Shown in pieces: positions 9,462-19,118 of a DNA stretch of 64,000 nt; within the stretch, counting starts at the first letter, position 1, and the number at the start of each line of letters is the position of its first letter. The notes under the pieces are model-generated. The model ran no database searches, was not told the origin of the DNA, and saw only the letters and a program-made list of their open reading frames with translations. This DNA comes from Actinobacteria bacterium HGW-Actinobacteria-7 (lineage in GTDB: Bacteria > Actinomycetota > Coriobacteriia > Anaerosomatales > PHET01), in NCBI GenBank assembly GCA_002841275.1, contig PHET01000004.1, forward strand, positions 87,289-151,288, written 5' to 3'. Made by a program: the position numbers and the translations under genes.

Positions 9462-10613
9462 TCATGCGCTGATCCTACTGGTCGCGGCAGTGTGTTGCGG
9501 CACTCTCTCCCAAGCGCCTGACTGCCGAACCCACAGGTGCTCTTCGTGGACTCCGCATCGCTCAACGGCGAACGTGGCGGAGTTGAACTCACCCCATATG
9601 ATGGCGACAAAGTCGCCTTCTCCAACAAAGACCTCGCGATTCGCGAAGTCCAAGTCAGTGGCCAGTCGACAAAAGAACTCGCTGGCTATCCACGTCCCGT
9701 ACTGATGGATTCCAGCGACCACGATTGTCTTGATTCCCTCCGGATCAGTAAGTCGCAGCACAATTGCTGAGTCGGACTGCAGGGCGTCCTGCGCATCGAA
9801 GCGGTCCCCCGGCGCAAGCCCCGCGGCCTCCCTGTATGCGCGCTCGGCCTCAGACGACACTGCGGTCTTGAGTTCACAGATCCACAGTTTCTTCGTCGGA
9901 GAATCGGGAACCTGCCCGCCGTGTTCCCACGCTCTATAGTCATCCGCAAACCAACAGGGAAGGTCAATTCCGTCGAAAGCAGGAATACCGGGGGTTGTGT
10001 CGTCAGTGAGGTCAAGAGCCGGCGCCAACCGGCCGAGTGCTGGGTTTCTCTGCGGAGAACACAGGTACACCGCATCGCCGCGTGTCAGCGGCTCAGCCGC
10101 GCTCACTCCGCCATCCTCCGAGGCCATGAGAACGGGCCAGAAGTCGAGCCTATCTTGCCCCAAGAAGCCTTGAAGCACGTGGAGCGCATTATAGTCCCCG
10201 GCAGGGATGAGTGGGAGTGGCCTCTGCTCATAACGAACGGGGACCACGCACTTGTATCTCCGAGAGCCCTCTTCGTCCAAGGAAAAGAAGTGCCTCACGA
10301 ACTCCTCCCTGACGGCCTCTGCGTCGAGTTTGCGCGCCGTACTGCGGGTATCGAGCCCTATGGCCCTGAGTTGCTCCAGCTGCGCCGCTTGTCTCTTGGC
10401 GACAAACAACGCGACGACTATCGCAGCAATCCCGAGTACTACCGGAATTGCAGCGCCGAGCCAGACCATTAGCGTTCTCAAATCCCCTCCCCCATCCGAG
10501 CCGAAGCGGTAGCCCGTCCGACCGCACGCGGCCACATCCACGACCCATTCGTGAAGACCCCCCACTGCGCGCGCATCGAGTCCCCCAACACTCCTAGCGT
10601 CAGTATTGAGCAT
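9462..10613 (-). CDS. hypothetical membrane-anchored protein (orphan, low GC)
   Basis: 383-aa ORF; an alternative ATG at 10469 gives MVWLGAAIPVVLGIAAIVVALFV (TM helix). I recognise no motif. G+C is visibly lower than in the flanks. Confidence 0.6.
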   Translation of the reverse strand: MLNTDARSVGGLDARAVGGLHEWVVDVAACGRTGYRFGSDGGGDLRTLMVWLGAAIPVVLGIAAIVVALFVAKRQAAQLEQLRAIGLDTRSTARKLDAEAVREEFVRHFFSLDEEGSRRYKCVVPVRYEQRPLPLIPAGDYNALHVLQGFLGQDRLDFWPVLMASEDGGVSAAEPLTRGDAVYLCSPQRNPALGRLAPALDLTDDTTPGIPAFDGIDLPCWFADDYRAWEHGGQVPDSPTKKLWICELKTAVSSEAERAYREAAGLAPGDRFDAQDALQSDSAIVLRLTDPEGIKTIVVAGIHQYGTWIASEFFCRLATDLDFANREVFVGEGDFVAIIWGEFNSATFAVERCGVHEEHLWVRQSGAWERVPQHTAATSRISA

Positions 10614-10877
10614 AGTCTCTCACATGCCTCGGCAGCCCAGTATCCCGCGCCCAAGGATCACGGGCTACGCTCATGAGTCGTGCCCCCCTCGCATGCTGCG
10701 CATCCCGCCGGTGCTGGCAATGCGTGCCCGCCGTCGCGCCCCGCTGGAGGCTCCCGTCTCCCTTGAGACATTCAGGGGTAAGACGGATCCGCAACGGCGT
10801 GAATGCTGGATCTCAGATACGCGTTGTCTGAGCATGACGACGTGAGTACGGGGCTTCGGCCTAGCAGAGCGTTCACG

Positions 10878-11894
10878 CTACGCTGCGGTCGAACGAGGCC
10901 TCGCCCACTCTCCCAGGAGCACGCCCCGCACCATCGGTACCTTGGTAATCGCCCATGTGAGCGCAGTCGATGCTGCAATCGTGAACGCGAATGTCGCAAG
11001 AACGCCGGGCACCCCCTCAGCGAAGTGCACGCGCAGGAAGAGCCATTGCGAACAGTAGACACCTAGGGTGAGACGGCCAAGTGAGTCGAGTCGGACCTTG
11101 CGAGCAAGCGGCTCGGCAAACTTCAGGAGCGCTGCCGAGAATCCGATGCCCGGCAACCCGGGGATGAGCTTGGCGAGGCTGTTGCCATAGAGGCCAAATG
11201 ACGGCATGGCGCGCAGTACCGGCACTGCGAACAACGGGTAGAGCAGCAGCGGTGCCCAGCGCATGAGGGGCCGGCCGGGCTCAAGGGTTCGCTTCCACTC
11301 ACCCCATGCATACCCGGCTGCGAAGAAGATCCAATACGTGAGTGTCTTGAGCAGACCGAAATCGGCATCGATTCCCAACCGATCGCGCAACCAGAGCAAC
11401 GCAGCGAAGCCCAGCCATCCGACTGCCGCCATCAGCAACGGCCGCGTGCGAAGGGGGAATAGCACCGCCAGCGCAATCGAGCACAGCAGAAGCGACGGCA
11501 GATACCAGAGACCTGCCGTGGGTGACGCGATCGTCTTGCCCAGATAGCCAGCGAGACCTGACAGCAGCTCGACAGGCGGCTGGTCGCCCAGCGTGCTCGC
11601 GCGAAGCGACAGGAAGAAGACGGCGTGCCACGCGAAGAACGGTACGAGCAGCCTTACCGCACGCTTGCGCAGCCATGCGGGCAGTGAACCACGCACTCGC
11701 CCAGGCAAGACGTATCCGCTCAGGAACATGAACAGCGGCATCTCGAATGCGGTAAGCAGCAGGTAGAGCGAGTTGTCAGCCGGATGGGACGCGTTGCGCA
11801 ACACTGCATGACCCATCACCACGCATGTGATTGCGAACCCCTTGAGCGCGTCGACGGCGAACAGCCGCTGTGAACCCTGAGCCGGCGCGGTCAC
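10878..11894 (-). CDS. acyltransferase family 3 (OatA-like) membrane protein
   Basis: 338 aa, polytopic. LFAVDALKGFAITCVVMGH is the typical Acyl_transf_3 N-terminus. Confidence 0.8.
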   Translation of the reverse strand: MTAPAQGSQRLFAVDALKGFAITCVVMGHAVLRNASHPADNSLYLLLTAFEMPLFMFLSGYVLPGRVRGSLPAWLRKRAVRLLVPFFAWHAVFFLSLRASTLGDQPPVELLSGLAGYLGKTIASPTAGLWYLPSLLLCSIALAVLFPLRTRPLLMAAVGWLGFAALLWLRDRLGIDADFGLLKTLTYWIFFAAGYAWGEWKRTLEPGRPLMRWAPLLLYPLFAVPVLRAMPSFGLYGNSLAKLIPGLPGIGFSAALLKFAEPLARKVRLDSLGRLTLGVYCSQWLFLRVHFAEGVPGVLATFAFTIAASTALTWAITKVPMVRGVLLGEWARPRSTAA

Positions 11895-11905
11895 CTCGAC
11901 ACTCC

Positions 11906-14419
11906 CTACGGCCTCAGCGCGCAGCGGTCGAGCGTCACGAGCGTCGAACCCGCGACCTCCCGCTGCAACAGCTCTGCGGTCTCGGGATGGCAGGTGAAGA
12001 AGATGACCTGCCGCATTCGCGCCAGCTCTCCTACTGCCAGCGCAGATCCGGAGCGCCGCTCGGGGTCGAAGTTCACCACGACGTCGTCCATCAGGATGGG
12101 CAACATCTTGCCCATTTCCCCCAGCGAGCCGATGAGTCCGACCCTCAGCGCAAGATAGAGCTGCTCCGCGGTCCCCCGCGACAGCTCCTCGGATGACCGC
12201 ACCACCCCCTGCTCCGAGATTACCGATATGCCTGTTCCATCGAGCGGGACGCGCACGTCTCGGTATCGACCGCTGGTCATCGCCGAGAAGACCCGCGCCG
12301 CCGTGCGTACGACCTCCGGTTGCCGCTCTGCCTCGAAACGCTCACGAGCACGGTCGAGCAGCCTCACCGACAGCGCGAGTACGGTATACCGCTCTGCCGC
12401 CTTCACGGCCTCAGTACGCAGCCCCTCGAGCTCCTGACGCGCGCGGGCCATCCGATCGTCGCGCCCTTCGTCGTCGAGACGACCACGGAGGCCCGCAACC
12501 TCATCGGCAAGGGCCTCGTAGGTCCGCCGAACCTCGGCAAGCTCCTCTTCTATCAAGGCAGACTTGTCCTCGAGTTGCGCCAGCGTGTCGGCCGAGTCCA
12601 ACCCGCGCGCATTCGCAATCTCACCTAGGACGGACTGTAGCTGCTCAAGTTGCACTTGAGCCGCACTCTTCTCTGCCTCAAACGAGTGGATTCGCGCCAG
12701 AAGCTGGCTCCGATCGTCACGCACGCTATGGGCCCGCTCGAGCGAAGCGCGTGCGCGCGCCGCCAGTTCGAGCGCCCCGGTGAGGGTGGGGATCTGGCCC
12801 GCAGTGTCATCGAAGCTCTTGACCACATCGACAAGGCGGACGACCCATGCTTCCGCAGCGGTGCGCTCACGTGTCGCCGTCGCCAGATGGGCATCCCTAG
12901 TGGCTGCCAAGCGGCGGCGTTCCTGCGCTGCCGCCAGAAGCTCGCGGACGGCCACAGGGTCCTCTCCCCAATCGACGAGCCCCCGCGCCTCGAGCCACGA
13001 CTTCCACTCGGACTCCAGTCGCTGCACCGTGTCGGCCGCCTCTGTAGCGACCTGCCTCTGCGCCAAGGCTTCGGTCTTCAAGCGCGCCGATTCGGCACTC
13101 AGCGATGCCACCGGTGAACTCGCAACCGGACGGCGCACTAGCAGAAGGGCACCCGCGACGACCACGAGCGCGCCCAGACCGGTGGCTATCCACTGCGCCG
13201 TCAGAACCCCCGCCACCGCCGAGCCGACTCCAACCACAACGGCCGCGATGCCGGCAGCCAGCGGCCGCCTTGTTCGAGCGTCACCCTGATGCTGCTCCTG
13301 TTCGAGCTGGGCGGCCTGCTGTGCACGCGCCTCGGCCTGCTGCGCTGAACGGTTCTCCGAGTCGCTGACCCGACGAGCATCGCTCAGCTGATCGCGCCAG
13401 CGCTCGACCGCCGCACGGTCCTCCGCCGAATCGGCGATGGTCTCGGGCACCGCGGGCAGTGCCGCAATCGTCCGATCAACCGATGTCGCATCTGCATCCG
13501 CAACTGCCAACGCATCAACTCGCGCCCTGAAACCGGATGTCTCATCGAGTACGGAGTTCAAGGCGGGTCCTGCCGCGAGCAGACGCTCGTCGACATCGAT
13601 GAGTTCCGCGCTCCGCCGAGCATCGCCGATGCTCTTGTCCAGTTCCGCCACCGAATCACGCACGTCAGCCATCTGCTTGGCTACGGCCTGGACCTGCTGG
13701 AGGTCACGGGCCAGCGCCCGCGCTGCGGAATCAGCCTCGTCACGCTGCTGCTTCAGCGGCAACAGCCTCTCGCTGAGTTCGTTCAGCCGCAGTTGCTCTG
13801 CCGCATAGCTCGCGGCCTCAGACTCCAGCGCCCGGATGTGCTCCCTCAGGCTCTTGATGCTCGCTGCCAGGGCGTTGAGTTGCGGCTTGCTCGCTCGAGG
13901 CGAGTAGATCTCGCTCGCGAGCGCCTCCACCTGTCTGCGGACGTCGATCGGGTTGACCTCGAGCCCCGTTCCGGCAGCGTAGAGCCGCGCCACAACGCCT
14001 GCGCTCTCGGCACTTCCTATCTGCGCCAGCTCGTCGAGGCCGAATCCGAACACGACCCGAAATGTCTGCTCACTCACCCCGCCCACGATCTCATCCAGCA
14101 ATCCTGGGCGCTCCGGGCCGCTGAGGGCGATCACCTTGTACGGCCCTCGCTTGGGGCCTTCGGTGCGCTCGATCGCCCACGTTCCAGCACTGTCCGAGAA
14201 GACCAGACGGGCGGCCCTGCCGCCGGACGGCGGCAGATAGCCGTTCTCCTTGGCATTGGCGTACGGGTAGCCATAGAGCACGTGTCGTGTGAGCGCCGTG
14301 AAGGTGGACTTCCCGGACTCGTTGGGCCCCAAGACCACGGTGAGCCCGGCGCCTAAGTCCGCCAGACACCCATTCTCCAGTGCACCGTAGCGGAGCGCTT
14401 CGATGTTGGTGAGGGTCAT
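11906..14419 (-). CDS. SMC/SbcC-like AAA ATPase (YhaN/SbcE-like) with a central TM hairpin
   Basis: ORF trimmed to the ATG at 14419 (ATGA overlap with the upstream gene). Contains Walker A GPNESGKST, long coiled coils, two hydrophobic helices (LAAGIAAVVVGVGSAVAGVL / WIATGLGALVVVAGALLLV), the signature LSRGTAEQLYLALR and Walker B ILMDDV. Confidence 0.8.
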   Translation of the reverse strand: MTLTNIEALRYGALENGCLADLGAGLTVVLGPNESGKSTFTALTRHVLYGYPYANAKENGYLPPSGGRAARLVFSDSAGTWAIERTEGPKRGPYKVIALSGPERPGLLDEIVGGVSEQTFRVVFGFGLDELAQIGSAESAGVVARLYAAGTGLEVNPIDVRRQVEALASEIYSPRASKPQLNALAASIKSLREHIRALESEAASYAAEQLRLNELSERLLPLKQQRDEADSAARALARDLQQVQAVAKQMADVRDSVAELDKSIGDARRSAELIDVDERLLAAGPALNSVLDETSGFRARVDALAVADADATSVDRTIAALPAVPETIADSAEDRAAVERWRDQLSDARRVSDSENRSAQQAEARAQQAAQLEQEQHQGDARTRRPLAAGIAAVVVGVGSAVAGVLTAQWIATGLGALVVVAGALLLVRRPVASSPVASLSAESARLKTEALAQRQVATEAADTVQRLESEWKSWLEARGLVDWGEDPVAVRELLAAAQERRRLAATRDAHLATATRERTAAEAWVVRLVDVVKSFDDTAGQIPTLTGALELAARARASLERAHSVRDDRSQLLARIHSFEAEKSAAQVQLEQLQSVLGEIANARGLDSADTLAQLEDKSALIEEELAEVRRTYEALADEVAGLRGRLDDEGRDDRMARARQELEGLRTEAVKAAERYTVLALSVRLLDRARERFEAERQPEVVRTAARVFSAMTSGRYRDVRVPLDGTGISVISEQGVVRSSEELSRGTAEQLYLALRVGLIGSLGEMGKMLPILMDDVVVNFDPERRSGSALAVGELARMRQVIFFTCHPETAELLQREVAGSTLVTLDRCALRP

Positions 14420-15675
14420 CGGCCGTCCCCCCCACCGAGAAGTTGATCCAGTGCGATATCCCGCGCCTGTTCGAGTACGAGAATGGGGTCTGCGCTCGAT
14501 TCGTAGCCCCCCAGGGTCGTCGCAAGCGGCGCCGTGATCTGGCCGAGCAGCTGTTGGACCGCATCCGGGTCTTCCGCCAGTTCGTCGGTGATGCGCAGGA
14601 GTTCTGCAGCGAAGTCCGGACCGCTGCGCACCTCGTCGAGATCGATGGCACCGGCGGTTCGAACGTCGAGCCGGTCGACCCACACCCATGGTGTTGCCGA
14701 GGACTGCTCGGAACGGAGCTCAGCCAGCAGGGCATCGAGCACACCGGGGCGCACGAGATCGGCATGCGCCGCAGTCCTGCCCACCAGCGCGATTCTTGTC
14801 ACCACGGCGCGCTCATCGGCCTGCTCTCGAAGCCGCGCACAGGCGTCGGTCAGGAGATTCTGAACCGACTGCAAATCAGCTGCGTCCGAAAGGTCGATTT
14901 GCTCGGCCGCCCAGACCACCGGCGCGGTCTCGATGTGCTGAGCACTGACTACCCCGCTTCGCCCCACCTCAACAAGCATGCATCCATGAACGCCTGTTTC
15001 CTTGGGATTCAGCCCTTGGGGACTGCCTGCGTACACGATCCAGGGGTCTCGTGCGAGAACTTCATGCTTGTGGATGTGACCGAGTGCCCAGTAGTCCATG
15101 TGCCCTGCGCGCAGTTCCTCGAGCGTAGCCGGGGCATACGGGTCGTACTCCGGGTCGCCACCGACGTTGGCGTGCAGCACTCCGATCGCGATCGGGTCCG
15201 CCGGATCGCGCCTGTAGCCTTCGGCGAATCCGGCGGTCTCTGCGGCCTTGCCAAAGCTGCGTCCGTACACCGCCGCCACGACCTCGCCCGCGCGGCAGAA
15301 CTCAAGACGCTCGACGCGGCCGGCCGAGAACACCCGCACGCTCTGGGGCAGGGCAAGACCCGCGGACCACCCGCTGACAGGGTCGTGGTTCCCGTGCGCT
15401 ATGAACGCCGCGATGCCTGCGCCAGCCAGGCGCTGCATCTCTCGCCGGAAGACGAGCTGCGCACGAAGGCTCTTGTCGGCACTGTTGTAGGCATCGCCCG
15501 CGATCAGAAGGAAGTCCACCTCGTGTTCGAGGCACACGTCAACGACCCGCGTGAATGCCTGGTAGGTCGCCTGCGCAAGCGCGGCCCCCACGCGCTCATC
15601 ATCGGCGGTGACCCCCTGGAACGGCGCGTCGAGATGCAAGTCTGCGGCGTGCACGAATCTCACGCTATCGGCCAC
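14416..15675 (-). CDS. Mre11/SbcD-type metallophosphoesterase nuclease (YhaO/SbcF-like)
   Basis: Contains VHAADLHLD, IAGDAYN, GNHD and GHIH motifs. GTG start preceded by GAGGA. Confidence 0.85.
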   Translation of the reverse strand: MADSVRFVHAADLHLDAPFQGVTADDERVGAALAQATYQAFTRVVDVCLEHEVDFLLIAGDAYNSADKSLRAQLVFRREMQRLAGAGIAAFIAHGNHDPVSGWSAGLALPQSVRVFSAGRVERLEFCRAGEVVAAVYGRSFGKAAETAGFAEGYRRDPADPIAIGVLHANVGGDPEYDPYAPATLEELRAGHMDYWALGHIHKHEVLARDPWIVYAGSPQGLNPKETGVHGCMLVEVGRSGVVSAQHIETAPVVWAAEQIDLSDAADLQSVQNLLTDACARLREQADERAVVTRIALVGRTAAHADLVRPGVLDALLAELRSEQSSATPWVWVDRLDVRTAGAIDLDEVRSGPDFAAELLRITDELAEDPDAVQQLLGQITAPLATTLGGYESSADPILVLEQARDIALDQLLGGGDGR

Positions 15676-15778
15676 GAGTCCTCATTTCCCCTCGGAATCG
15701 GGCGTGCGAGAGGGGTTCGCACGCCACACGACCACGCTACCACGCGGGTCTGACATCGACCACGCTCAGACACACTCC

Positions 15779-16528
15779 TCAGCGCCCGGCGCTGCGCCAC
15801 CTCGTGACACGTGCCTCAAGCGCATCGAGCAGTTCGTAGAGCACGACACCCAAGAGGGCCATCGCGAGAATGCCCGCGAACATCGAGGGATAGTCGATTC
15901 GGCCCCACGCGTCCACGATGTACCAGCCGATCCCGTTGCTTCCCGCGATCGACTCGGCCAGGAACAGCACGGCGATCGCGGTACCGGTGCCGATGCGCAG
16001 GGCGGTGAATATCTCGGGCAACGCCGCCGGCACCACCACGTGGCGCGCAACCTGCCAGCGACTCGCGCCCAGCGACCTCACCGACAGCACGCTCGCGTGC
16101 GGGACCGCCTTGGCCGCATCGCGCGCGGTCACGAGGATCTGGAAGAACACGATCATGCCGATAAGCGCGATCTTGGGTGCGTTACCCAGCCCCAGCAGCA
16201 CGAGCAGCACCGGAAGGAACACGACTTTGGGTACGGGGTACGTGAGGAATACCAGCGGGGCGAAGACCGCATCAGCACGAGCCGATCGTCCCAGTGCGAG
16301 CCCGGTCGGAACCGCAAGCGCGGTGCCCAGTGCCATCGCTACCAGCACACGAGCGAGCGACACCAGCGTCTCGGGCCATAGCTGCGGCCATACCGTGACG
16401 AATGCCGTGAGTGCCACAACCGGTCCCGGCAGAGCCGGCGACCCCACGGCCAGCGCAAGCGCCCACCAACCGACGAGCAGCACCACCGTCGCTCCGACGT
16501 AGCCGGCAGCCCGGCGCACGGCGCTCAC
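15779..16528 (-). CDS. ABC transporter permease (NitT/TauT-type)
   Basis: 249 aa, 6 TM helices, with the EAA-like region in ARDAAKAVP...SLGASRWQ. Confidence 0.85.
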   Translation of the reverse strand: MSAVRRAAGYVGATVVLLVGWWALALAVGSPALPGPVVALTAFVTVWPQLWPETLVSLARVLVAMALGTALAVPTGLALGRSARADAVFAPLVFLTYPVPKVVFLPVLLVLLGLGNAPKIALIGMIVFFQILVTARDAAKAVPHASVLSVRSLGASRWQVARHVVVPAALPEIFTALRIGTGTAIAVLFLAESIAGSNGIGWYIVDAWGRIDYPSMFAGILAMALLGVVLYELLDALEARVTRWRSAGR

Positions 16529-17325
16529 GACTCCGCCCGCACAGGAATCTCGGGCGCCGTCCCCGGATGCACGGCGCCCTCACCCGCCAGCAGCCCACGC
16601 AACTGTGCGCACCGCTCATAGAACGCGGGGCTCGAACGGTACCCAGCGGTCCCCATCGCCGGGTTGTCGACCACCGCGGACAGGCGCCCGGGACGCGGCG
16701 ACAGCACGACGATCCTGCGACCCAGGTACACCGCCTCTTCAATCGAGTGTGTCACCAGCACGGCAGTATGACCGCGGCGCTGCCACAGTCCCAGCAACAC
16801 ATCCTGGAGGTCTTCTCGGGTAAGCGCATCAAGCGCCGAGAGGGGCTCATCCATCAGCAGCAGATCCGCGTCGAGCGCGACCGCCCGTGCGAGCGCGAGC
16901 CGCTGGCGCATGCCGCCGGACAGTTCGCCGGGATACGCGCGGGCGAAATCCGCGATGCCCACGCGCTCGAGCGCCTCGGCCACGAGAGTTCTGCGTTCAT
17001 CACGCGACACCCCGCGCAGTTCGAGTCCCAGACCGGCGTTGTCCGCGACCGTCTTCCAGGGCAGCAACCCGTAGTCCTGCAAGATGAGCGCCGTCGCGCG
17101 CCTGACGCCCACGACCTGCGCGCCGCCCACCTCGACATGTCCTTCAGAAGGAGTGAGTAGCCCGGCTGCCAGCAGGAGCATCGTCGACTTGCCGCAGCCG
17201 CTGGGCCCGATCACCGCGACCGGCTCGCCGGGCATCACCTCGAGCGTGAGCGCGTCGAGGGCCCGGACCGCTCGGCCCGAGCCCTCGTACGTGAGTGACA
17301 CGTTATGAAACGCGAGTGAGACCAT
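16525..17325 (-). CDS. ABC transporter ATP-binding protein
   Basis: Trimmed to the ATG at 17325. Contains GPSGCGKST, LSGGMRQR and LLMDEP. Confidence 0.85.
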   Translation of the reverse strand: MVSLAFHNVSLTYEGSGRAVRALDALTLEVMPGEPVAVIGPSGCGKSTMLLLAAGLLTPSEGHVEVGGAQVVGVRRATALILQDYGLLPWKTVADNAGLGLELRGVSRDERRTLVAEALERVGIADFARAYPGELSGGMRQRLALARAVALDADLLLMDEPLSALDALTREDLQDVLLGLWQRRGHTAVLVTHSIEEAVYLGRRIVVLSPRPGRLSAVVDNPAMGTAGYRSSPAFYERCAQLRGLLAGEGAVHPGTAPEIPVRAES

Positions 17326-17336
17326 GCCCGCCTTCG

Positions 17337-18335
17337 CTACTTGGCATCCACGAGGTCGGCATAGGTCACGTCGGCCTTCAGGTAACCCTTTTCGCGCATC
17401 CACGACAGCACCGAATCGACCTGTACCTGCGTGGGCGGTCCGGCCAGCGGATACGTGTTCACCTTGTAGGTCTTGGCCAGCGGCTCGGGCAGGCGCGCCT
17501 TGTCCACGAGCTCGGCGCGGTACTGCTCGGGCTCCATGTTGATGTTGCCCACGGCCACGTCCCACGCCTTGAGTACCGCAGTCGCCGCCTCGCGGCCGCC
17601 CTCCTTGGCAAGATAGGCATCCGAGAAGACCAGTACCGTCTGCGAGAGGTTGGCCTTCGACTTCGTGTCGTCGCCCACCACATTCGCGCCGCCCATCTCG
17701 GCGAGCGTAACGAACGGCTCCGGAAGCGCTGCGGCCTTGAGCTTGCCTGCCATCAGCAGCTCAAAGCGAACGGGAACCTTCTTGACCTCTTCGACTGCGA
17801 CTCCGTCTGTCGCGACCCCCGCCTCACCCATGAGCCCGTCGAGCACGTACTCCTGGATGGTTGCCGAGGAGGTCCCCACCGGCACGCCCTTCAGCTGGGC
17901 GAGCGATGTGACCTTGCTCTTGGGCGGCACGACGACAGCGAACCGGCCCTGGCTCTGGTCGGCGCCCAGCATGACCGTCTCGATGGTATTGGGAGCGCCG
18001 CCGGCCTCGAGGTTGGCAGCCGCGATGATGTCGCCCATGAACGCGTCGATTGCGCCCGAAGCGAACGCAGCGTCGCGCTCCTGCGCGCTCTGGAAACTCA
18101 CGATCTCGACCGACATCAGACCGTTGGTGCCGAAGTAGCCCATCTTCTCTGCGACCCACAACGGCAGCGAGTCCTCGGTAGGCAGGGTGCCGATCTTCAC
18201 CGCCGCCGGCTTGACGGCAGCTGCGGGCTTCTCGGCAATAGGCGCAGCTTTGGGTGCCGAACAGCCGCTCACCAGCAGAGTGGTGGCGAGTGAAGCGGCG
18301 AACAGGGCGCGCGCAATTGAGGCGCGTCGGGTCAT
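17337..18335 (-). CDS. ABC substrate-binding lipoprotein (NMT1/THI5- or SsuA-like)
   Basis: Trimmed to the ATG at 18335, after AAGGAG. The signal MTRRASIARALFAASLATTLLVSGC contains a lipobox. Confidence 0.8.
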   Translation of the reverse strand: MTRRASIARALFAASLATTLLVSGCSAPKAAPIAEKPAAAVKPAAVKIGTLPTEDSLPLWVAEKMGYFGTNGLMSVEIVSFQSAQERDAAFASGAIDAFMGDIIAAANLEAGGAPNTIETVMLGADQSQGRFAVVVPPKSKVTSLAQLKGVPVGTSSATIQEYVLDGLMGEAGVATDGVAVEEVKKVPVRFELLMAGKLKAAALPEPFVTLAEMGGANVVGDDTKSKANLSQTVLVFSDAYLAKEGGREAATAVLKAWDVAVGNINMEPEQYRAELVDKARLPEPLAKTYKVNTYPLAGPPTQVQVDSVLSWMREKGYLKADVTYADLVDAK

Positions 18336-18361
18336 GGTGACTCCTTTCGGGCGGGTCGCTT

Positions 18362-18964
18362 CTAGCGGTTGCATACGTTGCGGCGCAGCCGGATCTCGTC
18401 TCGGACAGGAATCGCCGAGAATCCCGGCGACGCTGAACCAAAGCGATCGGCCGCCTCTCCCACAGCGACTTCGTAGATCGCGAAGCCGTGGCGCTGGTAG
18501 AAGTAGAGCAGCGGGATATCATCATTGGTGACGGCGACGCGGAGCGAGGCGAGATTGCGCTTGGCGGCAAGGTCGTTGGCCGCGTCGATAAGTGCCGCGC
18601 CCACGCCCGTGCCCTGATGCTCGGGATAGACCGACGTGAGCACGACGGTGATCTCGCCACCAAAGACCGCGGTGGACATCAGGCCTATCAGCTGCCCGCC
18701 TGACTCCGCCAGCAGGTTGATGCCATCGAGCACGTCGAACGTCGACCCGAAGACATCGGTCACCGTCTCGCCCAGGGCCTGGTCGCAGATCCGCTCGATA
18801 GCCGATCGGTCCGCCGCCGTGGCGGTGCGCACTGAGAACTCGACCGGGTTCTTCTGGGTATGGCCGGCGCAGGTCACCGTCATGCGCGCCTCGCCAACCG
18901 GGAGATCCTTGCCGCACTCAGGGCAGCGGTAATGAGGATAGGGAAGGTCGAAATCAGCGTTCAT
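18362..18964 (-). CDS. GNAT N-acetyltransferase with N-terminal zinc-ribbon-like segment
   Basis: CPECG...C.GH at the N-terminus, then the GNAT core HQGTGVGAALI ... FYQRHGF. Confidence 0.75.
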   Translation of the reverse strand: MNADFDLPYPHYRCPECGKDLPVGEARMTVTCAGHTQKNPVEFSVRTATAADRSAIERICDQALGETVTDVFGSTFDVLDGINLLAESGGQLIGLMSTAVFGGEITVVLTSVYPEHQGTGVGAALIDAANDLAAKRNLASLRVAVTNDDIPLLYFYQRHGFAIYEVAVGEAADRFGSASPGFSAIPVRDEIRLRRNVCNR

Positions 18965-19118
18965 GGATTACTCCAGGGGTTCGTAGTGCGGAATACTGCC
19001 CACGGGAGCATTCCCGTGCGACTCCCCTGTTATACCGTTTCACGCCCTCTTTAGTAAGGACGCACGAGCAACCGCTCGGCAAGCGGCGCTTCAAAGTGCC
19101 CTCGGCTACAATCAGCGT

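Noticed and set aside
10614-10877. The 264-bp gap upstream of the orphan gene, considered as a possible small RNA or riboswitch.
   Set aside because: It contains only one weak 6-bp hairpin (CTCAGA...TCTGAG) and nothing resembling a known RNA family. It is most simply the promoter region of the orphan gene.
15701-15725. The hairpin GGCGTGCGA-gaggggt-TCGCACGCC downstream of the ABC permease gene, considered as an intrinsic terminator.
   Set aside because: The 9-bp stem is good, but no U-tract follows on the minus strand. It may be a Rho-dependent or stabilising structure. I did not list it as a feature.
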